A DNA stretch of 23,208 nt from a virus (taxonomy: Duplodnaviria > Heunggongvirae > Uroviricota > Caudoviricetes), in the IMG/VR virus record IMGVR_UViG_3300031417_000379; one strand, written 5' to 3'. Below the pieces are notes generated by a model. That model was given only the letters and a program-made list of their open reading frames with translations. It was not told the origin of the DNA and searched no databases. Positions 14,951-22,725 of the stretch are shown in pieces. The number at the start of each line of letters is the position of its first letter. Position 1 is the stretch's first letter. The translations under genes and the position numbers were made by a program.

Positions 14951-16167
14951 CCTCTAAGGAAGTGAGCCATCGCGCGCCGCATCTCAGCTAGCTCCTGGAA
15001 TACCGGAGCCTTTGAATCACCATCGACCATCAGCAAGCTCGTAAGCTTTGGATCAATAGAACCTTCGACTGTACCATCCTGGATGCTTTCGATCCAAGTA
15101 TCCAACGTCGGCCGTTCAGTCCGCACGGCTATCAGAATCTGAACAATGTTCTTGAAAGTAGCCACGGGGTCATCAGTTTTGTTAATGACCTCGGAGTAAA
15201 GCGCCAGCACACTTCGCGTTCCCTCCGGAGGCCGCTTGATAAGTGAAGCGGGATTGCGTAGTGCGTGAAGGAGTACAAGGAAATCGTAGAAACGGAATGC
15301 TCCGGCGTTCTGAAGGAGCCAGTCAGCGAAGACTTCAATCTCGGCTGTTGAGGCATCGCCAAAGATAGCACGGACAGGGTTTGAGAAAGAACACTTTTCG
15401 ATACGGCGAAGTTCTTTCTCAACGAGTAACGTGGCTGGTTCAAGCTTGTCGAAGTTTGAATCCGATTCAGAGACAAAGAGCGTCACGAAGGCTCTACGAA
15501 GCTTACGCTCTATAAACTCAAACTTCGGAAGATCAACTTTGATCCCTTTGTGTGCTGCAAGGATAGCTTCAATCTTCGTGTCCACAGAGCTTGCAGAAGT
15601 CTTGTCACGCCCGATTGGGGAGCTAAAAATTGCGTTAACCTCAGCCAGATTACGCTTCGCTAAAGCGTTGTAGACAGCCTTCGACGCAGTAGCTCGAAGA
15701 AGCACCGGTGCGTCTGGACGCACGAAATCGTTACTGTATGTAAAGATTCCCTCGAAATGTGGAGTCTGCAGAATCTCTAAAGAGTCACAGCGGTTAAGAA
15801 GCTCTTCTCTGTGCTCGTCGAGCCAGTCACCGAAGACGAGTGAAAGATCGGTCTCTGCTAAGAAACCGTTGAGTGCGTGGCGAGCGAAGAGCTCTGATTC
15901 GCTGTTCTCGATAGCTCCAATAACGCCTCGAACTACCTCGGCTACCGTGGACTCATCCATCCAAGGGTTTGCTCGCTGAACCGGCTTTAAAGACGCCTCA
16001 TCGTTGTTGACCCGGGTGTAGCCAAAAGTTTTAGAGTCCTCTGCCTTACGCTTAAGGAGTTCGTCCTTCTCGACGCCCTGCACCAGAGCGAAAGGACGCC
16101 AGCCCTTTTCGTCTACTCTCCAGTGAGCGTGTGTCTCGTTCTTAGAACGTAGCTTGCGTGCGGTCAT
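14947..16167 (-). CDS. Hypothetical helical protein, paralogue of 16167..17420
   Basis: ATG 16167 overlaps the upstream TGA (TGATG). Collinear similarity blocks are shared with the neighbouring gene. Confidence 0.75.
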   Translation of the reverse strand: MTARKLRSKNETHAHWRVDEKGWRPFALVQGVEKDELLKRKAEDSKTFGYTRVNNDEASLKPVQRANPWMDESTVAEVVRGVIGAIENSESELFARHALNGFLAETDLSLVFGDWLDEHREELLNRCDSLEILQTPHFEGIFTYSNDFVRPDAPVLLRATASKAVYNALAKRNLAEVNAIFSSPIGRDKTSASSVDTKIEAILAAHKGIKVDLPKFEFIERKLRRAFVTLFVSESDSNFDKLEPATLLVEKELRRIEKCSFSNPVRAIFGDASTAEIEVFADWLLQNAGAFRFYDFLVLLHALRNPASLIKRPPEGTRSVLALYSEVINKTDDPVATFKNIVQILIAVRTERPTLDTWIESIQDGTVEGSIDPKLTSLLMVDGDSKAPVFQELAEMRRAMAHFLRG

Positions 16168-17420
16168 CAAAGTTTCTTTCCGAAGAGAGCTCGTCGGGTA
16201 GCAAGAATCTGAGTAGTGGTTGCAGGGTCATCGGAAGCTGCTACAAGAAGCACTGTAGTACTGGGCTCAAAGACAAAGTCAAGCTCGCCGTTAGCAAGAG
16301 CCTTCTTCCACTGAACAGCTGTCGGAAGAAGCTTGTTGTAACCAAGCCCGAGCTGGCCAACCATCTTCATAAGTTCGAGAGAGTTGTCCATCTCAACAAA
16401 GGCTAGGAAGAGCTGCGAAACATCACTCACAGTACCGGAACGCATAAAGATTTTCGGATTGCTTAGCGCGTAGATCACAAAGAACATTTCAGCAAAGGTG
16501 AACTCTTTAGCGTTATCTTCGAGATACGTCCCAATTTTGCCGAGGTCATTCGGCGGGAACTGTGCAGTAGTGTAGTTGATTGAGTCGTCGGCGATCCTGC
16601 TGTTTAGCTCTTCGCTGATCTCGGTAAAGGATTTGTAGACCTTAATAAGATCCAGATTACTGTGAAGCCCACCCGAAAGAAGTGAGGCTGAGAAAGCTCG
16701 CATGAGTTGGTTCGTGGCTTCCTGGCGGGACATGGGACGCTCGATCTTGCCTTCGAGCTCTAACCGTGAGTTCGTGAAGAAGATACCGATGCTCTTGTTG
16801 TCCACCGAGGTGGGGTCCTTAGCGATGTAGCGAAGTAAATTCTCTTTTGTCTCTTCTTGGAGGAAAGACTGGAGCTTCTTCGTGTTACTCCAACGGAACA
16901 CGAACGGAGAGCCTGGATTGTAGTGCTTGTAGACATCTTCAGTATGTGGATACATGGTGATTCTACTCTGACGAGCGTCTTCGAATAGATCGTCCCACTT
17001 TTCATCGAGGAAGTCTTTATAGACAGTGAACTCGTTCTGTGCTAGAAACTCATTGAGCATGAAGATCGAGAACTTTGTCGCTTCGTCACGCGGAAAGTTG
17101 TAAATACTCTTACTCATTGCGTGGCGAACAGCTACGGAAAGCTCCGGACGAAGTCGATCGAGAACAGCACGGTTAACCTTTTGTAGGTTATCGTACGAGT
17201 AGTCACGCTGTCTAGGCTGTTCAGCAGCAGGACCACCCCATACGCTACGTGACCAGAACGAAGGTTGAAGCGGAACCTTTTCAAGCTCAGCGTAGTACTC
17301 ACGTTCTGCCTCAGGAATCACTAGCTCCATATTGGAGTAATACCCTGTCACGTCTAGCTTCTTAAAGCTTACGTCACGACTCTCGTGTTCTGTCTGAAAC
17401 GGCTTCTTTGTGCGGCTCAT
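16167..17420 (-). CDS. Hypothetical helical protein, paralogue of 14947..16167
   Basis: 417-aa ORF with RBS AAGGAG. Shared blocks such as MLNEFLAQNEFTVYKDFLDEKWDDL. Confidence 0.75.
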   Translation of the reverse strand: MSRTKKPFQTEHESRDVSFKKLDVTGYYSNMELVIPEAEREYYAELEKVPLQPSFWSRSVWGGPAAEQPRQRDYSYDNLQKVNRAVLDRLRPELSVAVRHAMSKSIYNFPRDEATKFSIFMLNEFLAQNEFTVYKDFLDEKWDDLFEDARQSRITMYPHTEDVYKHYNPGSPFVFRWSNTKKLQSFLQEETKENLLRYIAKDPTSVDNKSIGIFFTNSRLELEGKIERPMSRQEATNQLMRAFSASLLSGGLHSNLDLIKVYKSFTEISEELNSRIADDSINYTTAQFPPNDLGKIGTYLEDNAKEFTFAEMFFVIYALSNPKIFMRSGTVSDVSQLFLAFVEMDNSLELMKMVGQLGLGYNKLLPTAVQWKKALANGELDFVFEPSTTVLLVAASDDPATTTQILATRRALFGKKL

Positions 17421-17423
17421 CGC

Positions 17424-17693
17424 CTACTCCTTGACTAGGATACTCTCTGGCTCTTGGCTAATCCGCTCACAGACTAACCGCTGCTTACTCGTAAGCGTTG
17501 ACGGATCTGCCTTCTCCATCATGAGCTTCCACCAAACAGTAGAGGCCATAGGACAGTTTGGACAGGTCCGAGGAGAGATGGTGCCGAAGACGCCCATGCG
17601 CGGTGGGTAATCCCATCCAGCGTTATAAGCTTCTTCCGGCTCGAGGATAGCCTCTGTTTCGCACACCTCGCAGATGTGTCGTAGCTTAGCCAT
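17424..17693 (-). CDS. Small zinc-binding hypothetical protein
   Basis: HICEVC ... GWDYPPRMGVFGTISPRTCPNC (two CxxC). Strong RBS AGGAAGGGAG. Confidence 0.75.
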   Translation of the reverse strand: MAKLRHICEVCETEAILEPEEAYNAGWDYPPRMGVFGTISPRTCPNCPMASTVWWKLMMEKADPSTLTSKQRLVCERISQEPESILVKE

Positions 17694-17696
17694 ACT

Positions 17697-17747
17697 CTGA
17701 ACTCCCTTCCTAAGACTATTTTACCGAGCCTTAGGAAGGGAGTTCAG
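17697..17747 (-). promoter_or_regulatory. 18-bp hairpin whose 3' arm contains the SD of the 17693 gene; may also terminate upstream transcription
   Basis: CTGAACTCCCTTCCTAAG / CTTAGGAAGGGAGTTCAG perfect stem with a 15-nt loop containing TAAAAT on the minus strand. The stem ends 3 nt before the ATG. Confidence 0.65.
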
Positions 17748-17772
17748 TTGAGATCCCTGTAGATACCGCGTT

Positions 17773-18810
17773 CTACTTGCTGACAATCCAAAGAAGTCGA
17801 GCCTCGATGAGATCAAGGGAAGCCGCCACAGAGCTGTAAAGCATCGGATCCTGGATGTCAACGCTAGCGAAAGAATCGCGAAGCTTAGGAACAGTCCCAA
17901 GATACTTGACGCCCTGCTTCACTGTCTGTCGTCGAGACGACTCGAAGTCAGTGTGGCGAAGCCCAGCACCGTTATCGTGCATGTCGGAAGTCTTGTTGAG
18001 GAAGACATCCAGATCGTTAAGAGTGGCCTGAGCCACACCGTCGGCGTACTCCTCGTTCTTCTGCTCGATAGGCTTGGCGTTGCGAGCTTCCTTAGACTCA
18101 ACCGGGTGCGAAAGCTTGTTGACAGCTCGAGCCACGCGAGCACCGTAGTTGTCTTCAATGTGCTTAAGAAGGTGAGTACGAGCATCCTGCTCGTCGGTGT
18201 AAGTGATGCCGTTAAGATCACAGAACTTCTCTGGGCAGTCTTCGACCGTGTCGTGGAATACACCCATAACAACCTGGTCCGTGTCACGAACACCCCAACG
18301 GATCAAGCGCACAGCGTTACGGAGAGGGTGAGTGATGTACGGAGGACGCTTCTCGCCCGGAGCAGCACGACGGAACTGGCCCTCGTGGAGCTGGAAAGCA
18401 AGCTTTGCAGCAGTGTCAAGCTTCTCTACGTCGAGTCCGACGATGGCGGCTTCGTTGAGCAGAGCCTGGTGAAGTCCCTGAGCATCCAGCGACTTAAGCG
18501 GTGGAAGGTTTGCGAGATGAAGAACCCCGGTCTGGAGCTTCGGGGAGTTGAGCGTGGCCTTGTGGGTCATGAGAGTACCTTCCCTACCTCTGTAGCTTGA
18601 TCCTACCAGGTTTTCGGGAGTTTCACGACCGTCTGTGATACGACGACCTACAGACTGTAGTGTAGCTTCTGAGTTCGACGCTTCAAAAGCTTGACGCGCT
18701 TCAGCCGCCGAAGCAAAGTGCTGATCATCTCCAGCAAACGGGCATCCTCCGCTTTTGGCCGAGCACTTGCCTGGTTCGCCGGTGGTGGGGTTGATGTGGA
18801 ACTTCGCCAT
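17773..18810 (-). CDS. N-terminal MAKFHIN Cys/His module fused to a RelA/SpoT-type HD hydrolase (small alarmone hydrolase/Mesh1-like)
   Basis: AFQLHEGQFRR, PYITHPLRNA, GVFHDTVED, ARAVNKLS, NKTSDMHDN. N-terminus MAKFHINPTTGEPGKCSAKSGGCPFAGDDQHFASAAEA. RBS AAGGAGG. Confidence 0.85.
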   Translation of the reverse strand: MAKFHINPTTGEPGKCSAKSGGCPFAGDDQHFASAAEARQAFEASNSEATLQSVGRRITDGRETPENLVGSSYRGREGTLMTHKATLNSPKLQTGVLHLANLPPLKSLDAQGLHQALLNEAAIVGLDVEKLDTAAKLAFQLHEGQFRRAAPGEKRPPYITHPLRNAVRLIRWGVRDTDQVVMGVFHDTVEDCPEKFCDLNGITYTDEQDARTHLLKHIEDNYGARVARAVNKLSHPVESKEARNAKPIEQKNEEYADGVAQATLNDLDVFLNKTSDMHDNGAGLRHTDFESSRRQTVKQGVKYLGTVPKLRDSFASVDIQDPMLYSSVAASLDLIEARLLWIVSK

Positions 18811-18832
18811 GTTGTCGGCCTCCTTGGCGATG

Positions 18833-18841
18833 TTTCTAACA
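18833..18841 (-). promoter_or_regulatory. TGTTAGAAA motif upstream of the tagged HD gene
   Basis: Lies 22 nt upstream of ATG 18810; same 9-mer as at 12873-12881. Confidence 0.4.
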
Positions 18842-18974
18842 GATCAACAGAAGTTGCCTAGTGTCAGTCTAAGCGCTTCTAACGTATCCCTATGTCGTTA
18901 TGTAAAGACTAGGTCTTACGCTGTGAGAACAAAAGCTAGTCTCTTTGGCCTAGACTTTAGCGGAGTGCTAGTAA

Positions 18975-19018
18975 AACACTTACGGCCCTGCCTCCGAAGA
19001 AGTAGGGCCGTAAGTGTT
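18975..19018 (-). terminator. Intrinsic terminator-like hairpin
   Basis: 15-bp stem AACACTTACGGCCCT / AGGGCCGTAAGTGTT, with a short T run on the minus strand, just after the stop at 19028. Confidence 0.75.
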
Positions 19019-19027
19019 GTTTGGTTG

Positions 19028-19219
19028 TTACGAGCGACGAGCGTTCTGTCGGAGCGAGACCACAAGGAAGAGAGCCATGAGAGCCAGCGAAGCCGGGATT
19101 GCGGTCCAGATGGAGATGGCGGCCAGGTGAACGCCGACGAACGCGGCGGTGACGATAAGCATGGCGACGAGGAAACGGACGATGGAGCGGACGAGGATGT
19201 AAACCTTCGAGTGCGTCAT
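19028..19219 (-). CDS. Small two-TM membrane protein, probably leaderless
   Basis: MTHSKVYILVRSIVRFLVAMLIVTAAFVGVHLAAISIWTAIPASLALMALFLVVSLRQNARRS. The start lies 7 nt after TATAGT. Confidence 0.7.
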   Translation of the reverse strand: MTHSKVYILVRSIVRFLVAMLIVTAAFVGVHLAAISIWTAIPASLALMALFLVVSLRQNARRS

Positions 19220-19226
19220 GGCCCTA

Positions 19227-19254
19227 ACTATACACGCCTTCAGACAAAACACAA
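19227..19254 (-). promoter_or_regulatory. SigA-like promoter TTGTGT-16-TATAGT
   Basis: -10 at 19232-19227, -35 at 19254-19249. Confidence 0.55.
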
Positions 19255-19299
19255 CCGCCTCGAGCACCGAAGTACCCGAGGCGGTTGTGGAAGGCTAAC

Positions 19300-20376
19300 T
19301 TAGCCCAGCTTCTTCACGCTCTTGATGCGATCGATGCGGAAAGAACGGTGACCGTTACCCTCGAGCGGGAGCTCAAGCTGCACAAGCTTTCCATCGATAG
19401 AGGTCGGCTTGATTACGTAGACCTTCTCGATGCCGGAGCCTGAGACGTAGGTGACCTTAAGCTTGCGCTCCTTCTTGACAGCCTTCTTGAGCTTCTGCAC
19501 GAACTCCTCGTTCAGCTTCGGCTCAGCGGCAGGTGCAGGCTTCGGGGCCACAGGAGGAGTGTAGACCGGAGCCGACTTCTTACCGACCGTGGCCACAACA
19601 TCCGAGTCCTTCGTCACGACGAGGAGCACCTCGTAGCGAGCCACACGGATCTTGTGGAACGCTCCGTCCTGCGGGACAGCAACCACGTCACGCGGATTGA
19701 TGGCGTTAGCGGTAACGGTCGGGCCCCAGCTCTTAGCGTACTCGTAAGTACCGACATGGAGACCGACACCACAGCCAACCCCGGTGTTGCTGTTTACCGT
19801 GGAGCGAGCCATCTCGAGGATCGAGCCAGGTTTGTTCGGGAGGTGGCCGTTCATCGGCTTGTTGTCCACGATACCCGGGCCGGAGCGCTTCGAGGTGAGG
19901 TCGGTGAGAATGCCCTTGTAGGCGATGAAGTCGCCGTCGGGACGAATGGTGAGCCCGTGCTTCTGAATGAAGGTGTAGAGGCTCTTGCGCGACTCCTCGT
20001 TCGGGTTCTGAGCGAGCTTCTCGAGGAAGTTTACAAACGGCTTCCAGGAAGGAGCATCCGCGTCCTCGTTCTCGAGACGCACCAGGCCGATGATGTAATC
20101 AGCAAGAGCGTCGTGGAGAGCGTCACCGTCGAAGAAGAGGTTGCTGCCGTCGGTGGTGACGCGGTCAGAAAGTCGCTGAAGTCGTGTTGCGATGGACTTC
20201 ACCGGCTGGAAGAGGCTACGGATCTCGTCCGCAGGAGCCTCCTCGGCAAGTCGCTTCGTAAGGACACCGAAGTTGATGTCCGAAGAACCGAGGTTCTTTG
20301 TTTCACCGTCATCGAAGATAACAGAAAGACTCGGTCCGTTTGAACCGTTGGTTCGTGACCAGATATAAGACGTCAT
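19300..20376 (-). CDS. rIIB: rIIB-like protein with a C-terminal WYL-like domain
   Basis: FVNFLEKLAQNPN...SLYTFIQKHGLTIRPDGDFIAYKG, CGVGLHVGTYEYA, INPRDVVAVP, KIRVARYEV. A Pro/Ala linker is followed by KVTYVSGSG...IKP...RSFRIDRI. Lies downstream of rIIA. Confidence 0.85.
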   Translation of the reverse strand: MTSYIWSRTNGSNGPSLSVIFDDGETKNLGSSDINFGVLTKRLAEEAPADEIRSLFQPVKSIATRLQRLSDRVTTDGSNLFFDGDALHDALADYIIGLVRLENEDADAPSWKPFVNFLEKLAQNPNEESRKSLYTFIQKHGLTIRPDGDFIAYKGILTDLTSKRSGPGIVDNKPMNGHLPNKPGSILEMARSTVNSNTGVGCGVGLHVGTYEYAKSWGPTVTANAINPRDVVAVPQDGAFHKIRVARYEVLLVVTKDSDVVATVGKKSAPVYTPPVAPKPAPAAEPKLNEEFVQKLKKAVKKERKLKVTYVSGSGIEKVYVIKPTSIDGKLVQLELPLEGNGHRSFRIDRIKSVKKLG

Positions 20377-20408
20377 GCTGTTTGTACCCTTTCCAGTGGG
20401 ATCTAGTT

Positions 20409-20417
20409 ATTCTATCA
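20409..20417 (-). promoter_or_regulatory. Extended -10 promoter (TGa-TAGAAT) in the rIIA-rIIB gap
   Basis: TGn-TAGAAT with an A-rich upstream tract in a 65-nt intergenic gap. Confidence 0.55.
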
Positions 20418-20441
20418 AGCTTTGCTTTTTATTTGTAGGTG

Positions 20442-22592
20442 CTAGTTCTGCTCGGCGGCCTTCTCCGCCATGTAGCGATCAGCGGACCAGTTTACATAGG
20501 CCGCCGCCTCTGCTGAATCTTCGCTGCCGTTGTTAGTGAGAAGCGAGAACACTCCGCCGCGGTTACGGCCACGATCCGCGCGGAGCTTATCGAAGTCGAA
20601 GATTGCCTTGAGCGCAGCGGAAGCATCCGATGACTTCGAGTTATAGCTGTAGAGAACCATGCCACGCCAGAGGGGCTCTGCAAGGCGAGTTACATCTGCG
20701 GGGAAAAGAGCCTTTGCGTTATCGCTGAGGAGATTACTCCTGTCGAGCTTGCCGATGAACTCAAGCGTACGCATCTCCTTGGCAATGCGAGCAGCCTTCT
20801 TGAAGCGCTTGAGTCGATTCTTCACCGCTTCTTTCTGTTCAAGACTCAGCGTGTCGATGTACTCCTGAGGGCTAAGAACGTGCTTGTGAACACGCTTGAT
20901 GGTGATGAGTGCACGCTTGTTCTGAACAGCAAAGACCTGGCCGTTGAGATCGAAAAGATCGTTGAAGAGGAACACGAGAGAAGATGTCTCGCCGCCTTCG
21001 GTGAACATCACCGTAGGGCCATCAGCCTTAACAAGATCGCCAAGACGAGTGTTTCCCACTCGCTTGCTTTCAGCATTTACAGCGAAAACCGGCTCGAGCG
21101 CGGCACGCTTGATAGCTTCTGTGTCGGTGACCCGAGTTCGCGAAGCAGCGGACGTAACCGGCGCCTTCTTGATCTCAGAATACGTCACGATCTTTGAGGT
21201 GACCGGGTAAAGCTCGTCGTCCTCAGTAGTGAGTAGGATACCGAAGCCACGGTTGTGGTAGATACGGTTGCCGTTGGCATCGGTCTTGTTGATCCACTTG
21301 CTAAGCTCGTCGTTCACTACGGAACGAATGTACTTACGCTGAGTGTCAGGCGTGAGAGAAGCTTCAGCAGCGGTCACCTTGATAATGAGATCGATCTTCG
21401 AGCTCTCTACCTTAAGCGTGTCGGTGGTCATGAAGCGCGACTCATCCATGATACGAACAGAGCTGCCGTCCCTGTGAGCAGTGTAGTGCTTCTGTCCGAC
21501 GTAGCTGATCTGGGTAACATCTCGACCGTTGAAGAGCACCTTGAGCTGAGCGTGCTGAATGAACGGCGAATGCCCGAAGGCATAGGCTTCCTCAATGGTC
21601 TTCAGGTTCTTCGACTTGTCATCAATATAACCCTGAACCTCGGAAACGAACTCCTTGAGAACCTTAACGATGGCCTCAGTGTTCTCAGCCGAAGGTTCGA
21701 TGACCTCTCGTGAAGATGGGAAGGTCACATCGCCGATGTTCATCTTGAGAGCGAATTCCCCTCTCGTAGCGTCGATGAACTTTGCGTACTCGTAGTTATC
21801 GTGTGTGCGAAGTGTCTGATGCACCTTATCCGGCATCGGATACGAAACCGGCCCTACCAGCACACGGGTCTTGGGGCTACGGTAACCGTACCGGGTCCTC
21901 ACCGCGCCCTTACCGTCGATGATCTCGGACTTGATCACACCGTGCTTGAACTCGATAGCGTCCGTGAAGACAGAAGTAAAGTTGCCGTTGACGAGCTCTA
22001 CTTCCTCCGGTCGCCAGCCGTTGAGAACCTCGTTGATCTGGTTCTCGCTAAAGTTCCATCCGTTGGAGGCCACCACGGTAACCTTGACGCCGTTGCCTTC
22101 ATCGGTCGGCTTGTCACGAACCACAGCCTTGACCGAGAGGCCACCCTTGCTCGAGCGCTCGAAGACGAAGACGTTCTTGAGCCCGTCCTTGACCGCTACC
22201 ATGGTGTACTGATCGGAGATGGCGAGGGCCGACTTACCACCGATGCCGAAACCGCCGATGCCGAAATTGTCGCCGGACTTGGTCGAGTTCAGGAAGCTCG
22301 CATAGACGTTACGGACCTGGTCGTAGGACATGCCGACGCCGAAGTCTTCTACGATGAGGTTCTGCGAGAAACGCGAGGGGAGCGTTACCTTGACGGGGGT
22401 CTTCACGCCGGCTTCCACGTGGCTGTCGTGAGCGTTACTCACCCATTCACGGAGCGTGGCAAGCTCGGGGCTGTTGTAGTTGCGGATCAGGATCTGCATC
22501 ACCGATGCGAGCTTCGCTGAGTTCAGAGTTCCCTCGAAGGTCTCTCCGTCGAAGTTCGTGGTGTTCTCAACCTCTGGTGTCTTGATTTCCAT
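20442..22592 (-). CDS. rIIA: rIIA-like protein (N-terminal GHKL ATPase)
   Basis: LREWVSNAHDSH, EDFGVGMS, TKSGDNFGIGGFGIGGKS, GVKVTV, VTFPSSRE. 716 aa, immediately upstream of rIIB. Confidence 0.9.
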   Translation of the reverse strand: MEIKTPEVENTTNFDGETFEGTLNSAKLASVMQILIRNYNSPELATLREWVSNAHDSHVEAGVKTPVKVTLPSRFSQNLIVEDFGVGMSYDQVRNVYASFLNSTKSGDNFGIGGFGIGGKSALAISDQYTMVAVKDGLKNVFVFERSSKGGLSVKAVVRDKPTDEGNGVKVTVVASNGWNFSENQINEVLNGWRPEEVELVNGNFTSVFTDAIEFKHGVIKSEIIDGKGAVRTRYGYRSPKTRVLVGPVSYPMPDKVHQTLRTHDNYEYAKFIDATRGEFALKMNIGDVTFPSSREVIEPSAENTEAIVKVLKEFVSEVQGYIDDKSKNLKTIEEAYAFGHSPFIQHAQLKVLFNGRDVTQISYVGQKHYTAHRDGSSVRIMDESRFMTTDTLKVESSKIDLIIKVTAAEASLTPDTQRKYIRSVVNDELSKWINKTDANGNRIYHNRGFGILLTTEDDELYPVTSKIVTYSEIKKAPVTSAASRTRVTDTEAIKRAALEPVFAVNAESKRVGNTRLGDLVKADGPTVMFTEGGETSSLVFLFNDLFDLNGQVFAVQNKRALITIKRVHKHVLSPQEYIDTLSLEQKEAVKNRLKRFKKAARIAKEMRTLEFIGKLDRSNLLSDNAKALFPADVTRLAEPLWRGMVLYSYNSKSSDASAALKAIFDFDKLRADRGRNRGGVFSLLTNNGSEDSAEAAAYVNWSADRYMAEKAAEQN

Positions 22593-22628
22593 ACGGAAGC
22601 GTCTCTCCTGTAGCGGTCAGATAAGTCC

Positions 22629-22672
22629 ACTGTATCACGCTTATGCTCTCACCACAACAAGCTCCTACTCTT
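22629..22672 (-). promoter_or_regulatory. SigA-like promoter TTGTGG-17-TACAGT (extended -10) with the conserved upstream element
   Basis: -35 at 22657-22652, -10 at 22634-22629. The 18-mer AAGAGTAGGAGCTTGTTG matches the copy at 4554-4537. Confidence 0.65.
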
Positions 22673-22716
22673 ACGGCTACGACGAGTGGCGCCTAAGCAT
22701 CACTCGTCGTAGCCGT
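22673..22716 (-). terminator. Terminator-like hairpin
   Basis: Perfect 16-bp stem ACGGCTACGACGAGTG / CACTCGTCGTAGCCGT with a 12-nt loop, 9 nt after the stop at 22726. Confidence 0.75.
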
Positions 22717-22725
22717 TTCGAGAAC

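Noticed and set aside
17670-17693. MAKLRHIC start of the small zinc protein resembles MAKYHIN
   Set aside because: The spacing is shifted, the G..G.C.A...CPF...HF pattern is missing, and its cysteines form two CxxC pairs of a different family. Not counted as tagged.
18755-19303. 182-aa plus-strand ORF spanning the intergenic region, with an acidic DDKHGDEETDD segment
   Set aside because: It overlaps the HD gene start, a terminator and the small TM gene in antisense. The acidic run is the reverse complement of hydrophobic codons.
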